64,000 nt of DNA from Leptolyngbyaceae cyanobacterium (GTDB taxonomy: Bacteria > Cyanobacteriota > Cyanobacteriia > Phormidesmidales > Phormidesmidaceae): contig CBDHHL010000032.1 of assembly GCA_965263355.1 (NCBI GenBank), forward strand, positions 1,696,001 to 1,760,000. The letters are read 5' to 3'. Each line of letters begins with the position of its first letter. Position 1 is the first letter of the stretch. Below are positions 10,486 to 21,957 of this stretch, piece by piece. Both the position numbers and the translations under genes were made by a program. A model generated the notes under the pieces. That model was not told where the DNA came from and searched no databases. It worked only from the letters and a program-made list of their open reading frames with translations.

Positions 10486-11511
10486 ATGCCCCAAACCACA
10501 TCCCATCCCATTCAAGGTATCTATGAAGTCTGTATTGGTGTTAGGGATGCCCAACCGCTAATTCAGTATTGGCAACAATTTGGCTATACCGTAGGAGAAA
10601 CCGGTGCAATGTCAGCCATTGACGCTGAGCAGCTCTATGGAGTGGTGTCCTCTGTGCAGTCCATACGGTTGCATCATCAGACAGCAGATCATGGCCTGAT
10701 TCGGCTGATGGTATGGGAGAAGCCCCTCAATGGGGGATTAGGTATGGCTTCTATGAAGGTTCAGGGTAATCGTTGGGCCACTAGTTTAACCCTGGACGTG
10801 ACCAATGTGTGGAACCATGCGGCAGAAGCAGAGGCCAATGGGTTACCCATTCGCTATGGGCCACCCCAGTGGACGGTGATATATCCGACGGCCCAGGGAC
10901 GCCCCTTTTTAGATCCATTGGTGGGGGTGAGAGAAATGCTGTTGTTGCAGCCCCTAACGCGACAGGTCATGTTTGAGCGATTTAACTATACGATGCCAGA
11001 CTACGGTCAGCCTGATTTAGAGTCCACATTTCAGGCGAGTCAAGTGACCCATATGGGTCTGGTGGTGCAGGATGACAATCAGGAAAGCCTACGGTTTTAT
11101 GATGAGGTGCTGGGGTTACTACGGGTACAAGATGCACTGGAAAGTACCTATGAAACAGCACGGGGAGGACGACAAATTTTCGAGCTGCAGCCAGGGGAAC
11201 GGTTTTGGGTGACCGCCTTTGATGATCCACGCTCATCAAAGACAGATTGGCAAGCGGCCAGATCGGGACGGTTATATATTGTGCGGTTTCCTGAGGCATT
11301 GGAGTTGCCTGATTTTGCGGAACAGTCTCGACCAGGGGGACTGGGGATATCTTTGTATACCTACCGGGTAAAAGATCTGGAGGAATATTGGAGTCGAATT
11401 CAATCCAGTTCGGCTAAACAAATTACTAATATTATTACAGATGAGTTTGGTGATCGCAGTTTTTCATTTACAGCCCCAGATGGTTATTATTGGACCTTAA
11501 TCGAACAGTAA
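10486..11511 (+). CDS. VOC/glyoxalase family protein
   Basis: Repeated VOC-like units (YEVCIGV, THMGLVV...FYDEVLGL, FGDRSFSFTAPDGYYWTLIE). Confidence 0.75.
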   Translation: MPQTTSHPIQGIYEVCIGVRDAQPLIQYWQQFGYTVGETGAMSAIDAEQLYGVVSSVQSIRLHHQTADHGLIRLMVWEKPLNGGLGMASMKVQGNRWATSLTLDVTNVWNHAAEAEANGLPIRYGPPQWTVIYPTAQGRPFLDPLVGVREMLLLQPLTRQVMFERFNYTMPDYGQPDLESTFQASQVTHMGLVVQDDNQESLRFYDEVLGLLRVQDALESTYETARGGRQIFELQPGERFWVTAFDDPRSSKTDWQAARSGRLYIVRFPEALELPDFAEQSRPGGLGISLYTYRVKDLEEYWSRIQSSSAKQITNIITDEFGDRSFSFTAPDGYYWTLIEQ

Positions 11512-11810
11512 TACCTACATTTCAAGTCGTTAATCAACAGTTTAATAATTTAAGTTTTCACTCGCAATTTTCTTTAAGAAAAAGTTCGAAATAAAATTAA
11601 TCGCCCCCATCGTAACGTCTGACTTAGAGCGATTAAGGATAATCCAGTATGAGGGTTGTAGGGCGGCATCCCGTCCTGCCCATAGGAGTTTGGGGAACTC
11701 GGAGGAGCCCCAAGCAGCCAGTGGGGTTCTAGCGATCACCATTGTCGTTACTACATGCGCCAAGCTATATATAGAATCCTGACCTCTGGGCAAGTAATCA
11801 ACGTTCTCCT

Positions 11811-13115
11811 ATGGATCAAACCGACGCTCAGGCCGACCGAAATCAGCCGACTAGTAGCTTGCTAGCCTGGTTGCCCCAGTTCCCACGTGAAATATGGATT
11901 CTGGCCACTGGTCAGCTGCTGCTATATATCGGCCAGGGATTTACCCTGGTCTATGCCTCGATTTACTTTGTCAATGAGCTGGGTTTTTCCCCCACCCAGG
12001 TAGGATTAGCCCTTAGCAGTAGCGGTCTGGCTGGAGTCGCCGGACGCTTTTGGTCAGGCTATGCCATTGATTCTAAATTTTGGGGTCGTCGTCGGACGCT
12101 GATACTGTCTGCAGTGGTGACTGCCTTAGCCTGTTTTTGTTTGGCGTTTGCAAATACCTTCACCCTGCTAGTATTTGGCAACATGCTTCTGGGGTTAGGC
12201 ATAAGTCTTTATTGGCCCGCAAATCTATCAATTACAACCGACCTGACAACAGCAGAAAACCGTACAGAAGCCTTTGCCTTGACCCGATTAGTGGACAATT
12301 TAGGCCTCGCCCTAGGGGCGTTACTGGCTGGACAATATGTGGCTATGTCTGGTAACTATAGTCTTTTGTTTATCCTCAAAGGGGTGACCTATGCGTTGTT
12401 TGCGGGGGTTATTTATGTCGCCATTGCAGAAACACGACAACCCCAGACCAAGGAACGAAATATTTGGCAAGACTGGTTGCAGGCATTTCGCGATCGCACC
12501 CTGCTCACCTTTCTCAGCGCCAATATCATTTTCACCATCTATGCCGCCCAGCAAACTAGCACGCTACCCCTGTATTTGGCTAATTTTATTCCCCATGGCA
12601 ATACTGAAACCGGGTTTTCAGAACAATGGATCAGCTACTTCTTTGTTTGGTATGTATTGCTAAAAATTGTCTTTCAGCTGCCCATTACCCGTTTAGTCAA
12701 AGCCATCAACCATGTCTCCATTTTACTTGTGGCCCTAACACTCTGGAGTACGGGCTTCTTTTTGCTTTGGGTAACCGGCATCACCCCCACCAGTGCTCTC
12801 CCATTTGCGATCGCAGCCTTTAGCCTCATTGCCCTATCCGAAATTCTATACTCTCCAGCAGGTGTTTCATTACTGGGCGACATGGCACCAGTTAATCTGC
12901 GGGGAATTTACTTTTCCCTGGAATCTCAATGCTGGTCTATTGGGTTTACTGTTGGTCCAGCCCTAGGCGGTTGGGCATTGGATCATCCTGAAACAGTGGG
13001 GATTAACTTTTGGCTGTATTTGATTACAGGAGGCTTTGTCGCCAGTTTGATTTTAGCGGTGTTGAAACAGCAGATGTTGGTGAGTGAGTCTGATCTGGCC
13101 GCCGATAGTCTTTGA
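11811..13115 (+). CDS. MFS transporter
   Basis: About 12 hydrophobic segments; motif A-like GYAIDSKFWGRRR. Confidence 0.85.
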   Translation: MDQTDAQADRNQPTSSLLAWLPQFPREIWILATGQLLLYIGQGFTLVYASIYFVNELGFSPTQVGLALSSSGLAGVAGRFWSGYAIDSKFWGRRRTLILSAVVTALACFCLAFANTFTLLVFGNMLLGLGISLYWPANLSITTDLTTAENRTEAFALTRLVDNLGLALGALLAGQYVAMSGNYSLLFILKGVTYALFAGVIYVAIAETRQPQTKERNIWQDWLQAFRDRTLLTFLSANIIFTIYAAQQTSTLPLYLANFIPHGNTETGFSEQWISYFFVWYVLLKIVFQLPITRLVKAINHVSILLVALTLWSTGFFLLWVTGITPTSALPFAIAAFSLIALSEILYSPAGVSLLGDMAPVNLRGIYFSLESQCWSIGFTVGPALGGWALDHPETVGINFWLYLITGGFVASLILAVLKQQMLVSESDLAADSL

Positions 13116-13270
13116 GTAGATCAGTAAAGAGAGACATAAATTGGTCTTCTAACCCATAAAATCTCTCCTAAAAACATACAGCCCCTACATAATCGTCCCC
13201 GCCGTAACCCCATGGACAATCATGTAGGGGCACTCCCTTGTGGATGCCCTGCGATACCGGACGCTATCAG

Positions 13271-13873
13271 TCAGGATTTCGTATAACAACGCGCAATTCT
13301 CTCCAAACTCGCATTCATTACCTCATTATTTTGCCCTGATACCGAAAACGCCAATGCCTCCCGATACACTCGTTGTGCCGGATGCCCTGCAAAATTTGCT
13401 GCCCCCCGCGATACGATGACCGCTCCATGGCCACACTGCACCGCTAAATCAATGGCCCAAGCCCGCAACTGCAGCCGTTCCGCCGAAGGATTCCCTAATG
13501 TCCCATAGGTTTGCTCTCGACAACGCTCCACCTGATCTTGCAATCTCTGATAGGTTTCACCAATCATCGGCAACAAAGATGACTGTGCCTTTGCCAAAAT
13601 ATCTAATCCACCCTGGGCACAGCCCAATGCAAAAAAATTGTGCGTCGACGGATAGCCTCGATCAGCTTGCTGAATCCAACCTGCAGGTTTAACATCCAAA
13701 ACTAACTCGTCTGGTGCCACCCAGTTCTCCAATGTTGCCGTCACCGTTTGAGTTGACCCCAATGCTGCCAATCTCATTGGTTCGCTAAAAGCCAGCGAAT
13801 TTTTGACTCCATGAAACGGAGCTAACACAAACACTGCCCGTCCATCTGGTAGCTGGGCCGCTACTGTAACCAA
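13271..13873 (-). pseudogene. Acyl-CoA dehydrogenase family protein, 5'-truncated
   Basis: C-terminal GHPAQRVYREALAFSVSG. Only about 200 aa remain, with no N-terminal domain, abutting the YcxB gene. Confidence 0.65.
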
Positions 13874-13907
13874 GCACCCCCCATTTTTCTGTTCCTATAG
13901 ATGCAAC

Positions 13908-14408
13908 CTAGGATTTGGGCTGCCCCAAATGGCACAGTAAAAGAGCCTGCAGTTGCTGATCCGTAGACACATTCAATGCCCGACGAGGGATAACCGTGAG
14001 TTCCCGTTTACCATAGTAAAGGGTATAAAAGTCTGGATCAGACCGCCAAGTGCAATACAGCGACCACTGCAGTTTTGAGTCAATTTGGGTGGTCTTAAAG
14101 TCAATGCCATCGTCAGAAAATCTGAGCCTATATTCACCCTTCAGCTTGGGTTGAGACTGATAAATCAGCAGGGGTAACAGAAAGATGGCATAAGCAATCA
14201 TTGCCAATAAGACCGCTCCAACAGTGATTACCAACCAGCCAATCCAGCCAATCTTGACAATAAAGGTAAGGTATGCGCCTAATAATAGACCAAGCACTCC
14301 AGCGACAATATCGCGTCGCAGCTGAAGCATTAGCAAATAGTGACGTCTAATGGCTTGAATATATTCATCTCGTCTATAAGTGAAGGTGACTAAAACAGAA
14401 TTGTTCAT
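13908..14408 (-). CDS. YcxB family membrane protein
   Basis: Two TM helices followed by FSDDGIDF...SKLQWS...VIPRRA. Confidence 0.7.
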   Translation of the reverse strand: MNNSVLVTFTYRRDEYIQAIRRHYLLMLQLRRDIVAGVLGLLLGAYLTFIVKIGWIGWLVITVGAVLLAMIAYAIFLLPLLIYQSQPKLKGEYRLRFSDDGIDFKTTQIDSKLQWSLYCTWRSDPDFYTLYYGKRELTVIPRRALNVSTDQQLQALLLCHLGQPKS

Positions 14409-14449
14409 TTTTGTCAGACTAGTTGATATAACTTTTTAAGCCAGCATTA

Positions 14450-14479
14450 GATAATCTTTACTTAGGCTTCTCTTAACGT
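14450..14479 (+). promoter_or_regulatory. Candidate Pho box (SphR/PhoB site) upstream of ptxA
   Basis: GATAATCT-tta-CTTAGGCT-tct-CTTAACGT: three 8-mers at 11-bp period resembling PyTTAAPyPy(T/A). Confidence 0.5.
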
Positions 14480-14623
14480 AAATTACTTCTTTTTCTGAAA
14501 AGATACGATTGCTTTTGATAACTAAACTAACTAAAAATCACTCAACAAGCTTTGCTAGTAGTGTCATCGTTCCTTATGGAATAGATACACATCAGGTTGG
14601 GTTGGAGGGGTATACAAAGGGGA

Positions 14624-15397
14624 ATGCAAGGATCTGTAATAGTTGAGCTTAAAAATGTTGGGGTAACCTACGCCAACGGTGTCATTGCGCTCAAGTCTGT
14701 ATCTTTGCCACTTAATCGAGGTGAATTTACGGTAGTTTTGGGCTCCTCCGGTGCTGGAAAATCAACACTGTTACGGACTATCAATTATCTAAATCCTCCT
14801 ACCCAAGGACGGATTTGGTCGGATGGCTTGGGTGACTTGTCCAACCCTAAGGTTTTGCGATCGCATCGTCAGCGCACAGGGATGATTTTTCAACAGCATC
14901 AGCTGATTGAGCGTCATTCTGCTTTGCAAAATGTGCTAACGGGACGGTTGGCCTACCATTCATTTTGGCGGAGTTTGTTTCCCTTGCCTCAGGTTGACCA
15001 GCGGCTTGCTTTAGACTGCCTGGAGCGGGTTGGCCTAATTGACAAGGCCTTGACGACGGTCAAAGATTTGAGTGGTGGTCAGAAACAGCGAGTTGGGATC
15101 GCCCGTGCCCTGGCGCAAGAGCCCCAATTGATGTTAGCGGATGAACCCATTGCCAGTTTAGATCCGGCTAGTTCTCATAGGGTTCTGTCCTTACTTAAGA
15201 CAATTTGCAAAACCGATGGGATCTCAGCGTTGCTGAGTCTACACCAGGTAGATTTTGCCAAGGAGTATGGTGATCGCATCATTGGCTTAGCCCATGGTGG
15301 CGTTATATTTGATGGTCCACCCTCTGTGTTAGACCATCACAATCTGGATGAGATTTACACCGATCAAGCCGTTGCAGTCGCAAGCGATCGTAAATAG
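14624..15397 (+). CDS. ptxA: Phosphite ABC transporter ATPase (PhnC family)
   Basis: GSSGAGKS, LSGGQKQRVGIARAL, LADEPIASLDP; first gene of the operon ending in ptxD. Confidence 0.9.
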   Translation: MQGSVIVELKNVGVTYANGVIALKSVSLPLNRGEFTVVLGSSGAGKSTLLRTINYLNPPTQGRIWSDGLGDLSNPKVLRSHRQRTGMIFQQHQLIERHSALQNVLTGRLAYHSFWRSLFPLPQVDQRLALDCLERVGLIDKALTTVKDLSGGQKQRVGIARALAQEPQLMLADEPIASLDPASSHRVLSLLKTICKTDGISALLSLHQVDFAKEYGDRIIGLAHGGVIFDGPPSVLDHHNLDEIYTDQAVAVASDRK

Positions 15398-15439
15398 TTG
15401 TCAGTGTTGTCAGTTGTTGTCCAATAGATAAGGGGATAA

Positions 15440-16342
<903 letters not shown>

Positions 16343-16396
16343 ACGTTATTGTCTAATTACCATTCACCACTTACCTAATTCTCGGTGTACACCGTA

Positions 16397-16435
16397 ACCC
16401 CGGTAGGACATTGCATGCAATTCTCCTACCGGGGT
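16397..16435. repeat. GTAG-type REP-like palindrome between ptxB and ptxC
   Basis: ACCCCGGTAGGA-cattgcatgcaattc-TCCTACCGGGGT. Confidence 0.7.
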
Positions 16436-16473
16436 AGAAAATCATTTGTATTAGCTCAACTGGGAACCGCTAT

Positions 16474-17298
16474 ATGACCAGCATTAATAATTCGTCAGAA
16501 TACGCCTCATTTGATGGCATTTTGCGGCAATATAAACGTGGATGGGTGAATCAATTAAGGCGTACAGTCCTGCTACTGATACTTATTCTAATTAGCTTTA
16601 TTATTGTTGAGCTGCTAAACGTAGAGCGACTGACAGAGGGCATTCCGGCTATTTTTAGCCTGCTTGGTGAAATGTTACCCCCTGACTTTAGCCGCTTTCC
16701 TAAATGGATTGAGCCTATTTTTGATACGTTGGCCATGAGCATTGCGGGCACAGCCATTGCCGTTGGTCTCTCTTTACCCCTATGTCTCCTAGCTGCCAGA
16801 AATACCACACCCCATCCCATTGCATTTCACATTGCGCGCACCATTTTGAATATTACCCGTGCCATTCCTGAATTGATTTTAGGGATGATTTTGGTAGCAG
16901 CCGTGGGGTTTGGTAAATTGCCAGGTACGTTAGCCCTGGGTCTGCATTCTGTTGGCATGGTGGGTAAATTCTTTGCTGAGTCAATCGAACTGAGTGACCA
17001 GGCACCCGTGGAAGCCGCTCGTTCTGTGGGGGCGACTGGTCCCCAGGTGATTTTCCATAGTATTCTGCCCCAGGTGTTTCCTCAGATGGCGGATGTTACT
17101 TTTTACCGTTGGGAATATAACTTTCGAGCGTCTATGGTGTTGGGGGCTGTAGGTGCTGGAGGCATTGGGTTAGAGATTATTAGTGCGCTGCGTATTTTGA
17201 AATATCAACAGGTTTCGGCCTTGTTAATTGTGGTGTTGGTGATGGTCACCCTGGTGGATGGGTTGAGTAATTATTTGCGGAAGGACTTTGTTGCGTAG
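16474..17298 (+). CDS. ptxC: Phosphite ABC transporter permease (PhnE family)
   Basis: TRAIPEL, GKFFAESIE, EAARSVGA, YRWEYNFRAS. Confidence 0.9.
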   Translation: MTSINNSSEYASFDGILRQYKRGWVNQLRRTVLLLILILISFIIVELLNVERLTEGIPAIFSLLGEMLPPDFSRFPKWIEPIFDTLAMSIAGTAIAVGLSLPLCLLAARNTTPHPIAFHIARTILNITRAIPELILGMILVAAVGFGKLPGTLALGLHSVGMVGKFFAESIELSDQAPVEAARSVGATGPQVIFHSILPQVFPQMADVTFYRWEYNFRASMVLGAVGAGGIGLEIISALRILKYQQVSALLIVVLVMVTLVDGLSNYLRKDFVA

Positions 17299-17306
17299 GG
17301 ACATTG

Positions 17307-17342
17307 CGTTGTAGGGGTGTTGCATGCAACGCCCCTACAACG
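17307..17342. repeat. GTAG-type REP-like palindrome between ptxC and ptxD
   Basis: CGTTGTAGGGGTGTTGCATGCAACGCCCCTACAACG, a near-perfect palindrome. Confidence 0.75.
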
Positions 17343-17374
17343 TGATATTTTCATACCCCCAAATTGGAGCCTAA

Positions 17375-18361
17375 TTGATTTTGAAACCTAACGTTGTTCT
17401 GACCCATTGGGTGCATCCAGACGTTTTAGACTTTTTGCATGAATCTTGTGAGGTGGTGGAAAACCCCACACGGGAGACTTTGCCTAGGGATGAGATTCTG
17501 AACCGGGCCAGGGATGCTCAAGGGCTGATGGTGTTTATGCCGGATTCTGTGGATGCTACATTTTTGGATGCTTGTCCTAATCTCAAGGTCATTGCTGGGG
17601 CACTGCGGGGATATGACAACTTTGATGTGGTGGCCTGTCGCGATCGCAACATTTTCTTTACCATTGTTCCAGACCTCCTGGCGGCCCCCACCGCCGAACT
17701 CACCGTTGGTCTGATGATCGGCCTGGGCCGTCGTATGTTAGAAGGCGATGCCCACATCCGTAGCGGTAATTTTGCTGGTTGGCAGCCCACCCTTTATAGC
17801 CTTGGACTGTTGGGTAAAACCGTAGGCATTGTCGGTATGGGCAAACTGGGACGAGAACTAGCGCCACGTTTAGCAGGGTTTGGTTGTCGCTTACTCTATA
17901 GCGACCCGGTACCTTTACCAGCTGATTTAGAAACCCAGTGGCAGATTGAAGCTGTAGCGTTTACAGAGCTTTTACAGACTAGCGACTATGTGGTGCTGAT
18001 GGTGCCGCTGCAGCCCAGTACGTTGCATTTGGTAGGGCGGGATGCGATCGCAACGATGAAACCCGGCAGCTTTTTGATCAATCCCTGTCGTGGCTCGGTG
18101 GTGGATGAAGCTGCTGTGGCCGATGCTATTGCCAGAGGGCATTTAGCCGGTTATGCCGCCGATGTATTTGAGATGGAAGACTGGGCCAGGGCCGACCGTC
18201 CCCAAACTATTGACCCTCGGTTGTTGCAGGACCGTGAGCGCACGTTTTTTACCCCCCACCTGGGCTCCGCCATTGACGATGTCCGCCGGGATATTGCCAT
18301 GGAAGCCGCCGTTAATTTAGTGCAGGCACTCCAGGGAAAAATTCCCCAAGGGAATATCTAG
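17375..18361 (+). CDS. ptxD: NAD-dependent phosphite dehydrogenase
   Basis: [38 protein letters not shown] (Arg), DVFEMED (Glu), FTPHLGSA (His). TTG start at 17375 or 17381. Confidence 0.93.
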   Translation: MILKPNVVLTHWVHPDVLDFLHESCEVVENPTRETLPRDEILNRARDAQGLMVFMPDSVDATFLDACPNLKVIAGALRGYDNFDVVACRDRNIFFTIVPDLLAAPTAELTVGLMIGLGRRMLEGDAHIRSGNFAGWQPTLYSLGLLGKTVGIVGMGKLGRELAPRLAGFGCRLLYSDPVPLPADLETQWQIEAVAFTELLQTSDYVVLMVPLQPSTLHLVGRDAIATMKPGSFLINPCRGSVVDEAAVADAIARGHLAGYAADVFEMEDWARADRPQTIDPRLLQDRERTFFTPHLGSAIDDVRRDIAMEAAVNLVQALQGKIPQGNI

Positions 18362-18402
18362 CAGCGGTGCTATCCTTAAAACACTGTCACTGTCAGCTTG
18401 CA

Positions 18403-19032
18403 ATGGTTACTACGATTGCCATTAACAAGATTTGCCTTGAACCGGGAAGTCGGATCACAGTTCCTGATATTAGCTGGCGTGAATTTGAAACAATTTTGCA
18501 AGAGCTAGGTGAGGCTCGGAATAGCCGTATTGCCTACAGCCAGAATACGTTAGAAATTATGGTTCCTTTACCAGACCATGAACGCAGCAAGGTTTTGATG
18601 TCTGATATTGTTAAAACGTTGTTGCGTCGTCAGGGGCGTGATTGGGAATCGTTAGGATCAACCACATTTCGAAGACAGCTTAAAGCGGCAGGGGTGGAAC
18701 CCGATGATTGTTTTTATATTGCCAACTACGAAGCTATTATCGGCAAAAGTCGCCTCGATTTAGCAGTGGATCCACCGCCTGATCTAGCAATCGAGTCGGA
18801 TTATACGTCTAAGACTAAATTGGAGGCTTATATCGCGTTGCAGGTACCTGAACTGTGGATCTATGATCGCGGACTTAAAATTTATGTTTTTGAAAGAGAG
18901 GATTATCTTGAAGTGGAGACTAGCCCTACATTTCCTGGACTATCTATCAAAGCGATGGTTGAACAGGTGATTCAGCAGGCACAGCAGGTAGGCAGTAGTC
19001 GAGCCTTACGGGCCTTTGAAGAAACGCTTTAA
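18403..19032 (+). CDS. Uma2 family endonuclease
   Basis: LGSTTF, GVEPDDCFY, PPPDLAIESD, VPELWIY. Confidence 0.9.
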   Translation: MVTTIAINKICLEPGSRITVPDISWREFETILQELGEARNSRIAYSQNTLEIMVPLPDHERSKVLMSDIVKTLLRRQGRDWESLGSTTFRRQLKAAGVEPDDCFYIANYEAIIGKSRLDLAVDPPPDLAIESDYTSKTKLEAYIALQVPELWIYDRGLKIYVFEREDYLEVETSPTFPGLSIKAMVEQVIQQAQQVGSSRALRAFEETL

Positions 19033-19051
19033 GGCTTTAGAAACCGAGGAC

Positions 19052-20692
19052 TCAACGGGGCAAACGACGTTTAAGTCCTTCTTTGATGGTGTTATAAACC
19101 TCAATAAAAACACCAAAGGATTCTTGGGAGATGCGATCGCTAGCCAAGTCATCCAACACTCGCTGTAGTACTTCCTCGATTTGAAACAAACTATCCCTAT
19201 AGGATAAGCTGTCTGCCTGATGAATCACCATCAGATCTTGCATATACTGGGCCGTGGTATGCTGTTGCATCAACTGTCGATGTTGGGCCTTAGCCTCAAT
19301 ATCTCGCTCGATTTTCTCACAGGCTGTTGTATAGGCTTCATTAAATGTGCGAAACGCTTCCTGGGAAATATCTTCGTCCACCAGTCGTTTAGCCGCCCGA
19401 TCAAAAATTTGATACAGCATTTTTTGACGCTCTTCCAGGGTTTTATTAGACGACATGTCGTCATCGTCATCCATTAGCTTGACCACATCGCTGATGTAGC
19501 CCTCACATAGGCTTTTACCCCGTTTTTCTGCACGCGATCGCAACTCCCAAATCCAGGAAGCAATCGGCACCACAATAGATAACAATAACGCGAGAAAGTC
19601 AAAATTCTTCGTAACAAACGTTACCTTAGGTTGTTGTTTATAAGCTGCAACAGCACCTGGATGAATGGGAATGCCAAAATTACTGCTAGGCTTACTGATA
19701 TTGGCAACCAAAGGTTTTACCTCCACCGTATCGCGCGAAATAGCATTAGAAATTTCCTGGTGATGTTCCTTTAAAATGGTGGCAATAGCTTGAATTACCC
19801 GCTTATTAGCCCGTTTACTGGCATATAGCATTTTATACACCCCCACGGTCGAAATATCCTTGGAGGGAACAATGGGATTACTGCCACGATACGTGCCCTT
19901 AGGAATGGTTGCGGCCTTAAACGCCGGATGTTTGATCTTCATCGCTGAGGCTTGTTCAATGGGGATCAAGCGCCCACGATGGTATTCCACCAGATCTTGA
20001 ATAATCCAGTTGCCGGGGGCTCGTACCCGAAAGATGGCATCCACACGGTCGGTCTCAAAGGCAACCGTAGCTTCATCGTCATCCACTCCAATAAAGTCAA
20101 AGTCTTCCACCGTCAGTTCAAAATGGTTAGCCACTTCTAGAAACGACAGAAATTGTCCACTCTCTCGTTGCACACCAATTCGTCGTCCCTTCAGGTCCGT
20201 AAACTGTTGAATATCAGTTTGATCTTGTACCACCAACTGAAACAGATCCCGGTAGAGGGTCGCCACAGCCTGAGCCTTTGGGCCAGGGGTAATGTCGGAC
20301 TGTACCGTAATCAGATCGGCGTCTCCAGCCTCTAATCGGTTACTATTATCAACAGAGCCAACCGTTTCCAGCAGGTCCAAACGAATATTGGGATAGTAGT
20401 TTTCCACCACCTGTTTAACAGCTTTACCAAGGATATAACTTTCTCCACCAGAGCCACCCACAGCAAAAGTGACATGGTAGATCGGGCGATGAATAACATT
20501 AAAGCTCACTGATTGCCACAGGTCGACGGCGGTAAAGCCAAACCATACCGTCAGAGCCATCACCAGAAACAGCCGTAGCAAAACGGTTAGTTGGTCCAGG
20601 GGCTTAAACAACCGATCATTTAACAGTTTAAGCAACTGATCCAGTTGACGATCAATCCAATTTTGCTTTTCAGGTATTTCAGGCTGAGACAT
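19052..20692 (-). CDS. TAXI-family solute-binding protein with two TM anchors and a helical C-terminal tail
   Basis: GGSGGESY, TVGSVDN, VQSD, DLKGRRIG, IPKGTY, PIHPGA, flanked by hydrophobic segments. Confidence 0.8.
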   Translation of the reverse strand: MSQPEIPEKQNWIDRQLDQLLKLLNDRLFKPLDQLTVLLRLFLVMALTVWFGFTAVDLWQSVSFNVIHRPIYHVTFAVGGSGGESYILGKAVKQVVENYYPNIRLDLLETVGSVDNSNRLEAGDADLITVQSDITPGPKAQAVATLYRDLFQLVVQDQTDIQQFTDLKGRRIGVQRESGQFLSFLEVANHFELTVEDFDFIGVDDDEATVAFETDRVDAIFRVRAPGNWIIQDLVEYHRGRLIPIEQASAMKIKHPAFKAATIPKGTYRGSNPIVPSKDISTVGVYKMLYASKRANKRVIQAIATILKEHHQEISNAISRDTVEVKPLVANISKPSSNFGIPIHPGAVAAYKQQPKVTFVTKNFDFLALLLSIVVPIASWIWELRSRAEKRGKSLCEGYISDVVKLMDDDDDMSSNKTLEERQKMLYQIFDRAAKRLVDEDISQEAFRTFNEAYTTACEKIERDIEAKAQHRQLMQQHTTAQYMQDLMVIHQADSLSYRDSLFQIEEVLQRVLDDLASDRISQESFGVFIEVYNTIKEGLKRRLPR

Positions 20693-20854
20693 CAATAGTA
20701 TTTAATGCACACGGCTTTATTATGGCCATTAGCCTGTGAAATGGCATCCTAACCAGACTTGTATCGGCTTCGATTTGCATCAGATCTTTATATTCTCAGC
20801 AGGAGCCACGGGAGTATAGTCAAAAGGGCAATTTATTGATTCCTAGGAGCCTGC

Positions 20855-21406
20855 ATGAAACCTGTTAAAACCTCAGCTAATAGTCCTATCGTGGTAGATT
20901 TCATGGAATCCGATGTGATTCGCGCACCAGGACGTATTGGCATGACCATCGCACCTGGCAAGCAAGATGAGGATAGTGAAGCTGTCTGGAAACGTGATCT
21001 AGAAATCGACTTAAAGCGACTAAAAAATGAGCTGGGTGTAGATCAGCTTGTTTGTTTATTAGAAGAGGAAGAAATGTCTCAGCTGGGGATTCCAAATTTG
21101 TTTGAACAGGCTAATCAGTTAGGCATCCAGACAACACATTTCCCAGTGGATGACAATGGCAAACCAGAATCTATGGAACAATTTAAACAGGTCGTGTCTG
21201 CAGCAACAGCTGCCCTTGCTAAGGGTGAAACCGTTTTGATTCACTGCAAAGGGGGGAAAGGCAGAACCGGCATGCTAGCAGCTGCCTGTTTGGTTGAACA
21301 GGGGTATGCCCCAGAAGAAGCTATCGATACGGTTAAACAATATAGAGAAGGTGCCCTAACGGTTGAAATTAAATGTGAAGCCGTACGGGACTATGCCCAA
21401 AGCTAG
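20855..21406 (+). CDS. CDKN3-like dual-specificity/tyrosine phosphatase
   Basis: P-loop HCKGGKGRTG, PGK...WKRDLEIDL. Confidence 0.85.
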   Translation: MKPVKTSANSPIVVDFMESDVIRAPGRIGMTIAPGKQDEDSEAVWKRDLEIDLKRLKNELGVDQLVCLLEEEEMSQLGIPNLFEQANQLGIQTTHFPVDDNGKPESMEQFKQVVSAATAALAKGETVLIHCKGGKGRTGMLAAACLVEQGYAPEEAIDTVKQYREGALTVEIKCEAVRDYAQS

Positions 21407-21505
21407 AAAAGAGATGGCGAGATTGGCCATCCTGACGACGTTCGACACCCAGGCTGAGGAAAACATCGGGAACGGTCGGGTAGCTCGGTGCTAGGGGGGA
21501 GACAG
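21402..21505 (-). pseudogene. Uma2-family fragment
   Basis: Translates PTVPDVFLSLGVERR, matching an internal Uma2 motif. Confidence 0.45.
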
Positions 21506-21651
21506 GTTCTAAAGTCGGACTGAACCATGGGGAAGGATAAGCAGCTTATTTTCTATGATAAGCGATACTTTGGACACTCCATTTCAAGTAGAAAGTGCCA
21601 ATTTTTACAGCATAATAAGCGCGATACAATAGTGCTGATGGAGGTAAAAGG

Positions 21652-21957
21652 ATGACGACAACGGTACCTGAGCGTGGTCAGGTTTTGGACCTACTGCGCG
21701 GCATACAACCAACACTGCATAAAAAATACGGTGTGACGAAGCTAGGTATTTTTGGCTCAGTGGCCAGGAATGAAGCGACCGAGACCAGCGATGTGGATGT
21801 GGTACTGGAGATGGAGCGTCCTAACCTTTTTTTGATGGTCAATATTAAGGAAGAACTGGAAATTTCTTTGGATAGACCTGTAGATGTAGTGCGCTATCGA
21901 GAAAGAATGAATCCTTATCTCAAACGCAGAATTGATCAGGATGCAATTTATGTCTGA
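21652..21957 (+). CDS. Minimal nucleotidyltransferase antitoxin (MntA-like)
   Basis: IFGSVARNEATETSDVDV fits GSX10DXD. Confidence 0.88.
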   Translation: MTTTVPERGQVLDLLRGIQPTLHKKYGVTKLGIFGSVARNEATETSDVDVVLEMERPNLFLMVNIKEELEISLDRPVDVVRYRERMNPYLKRRIDQDAIYV

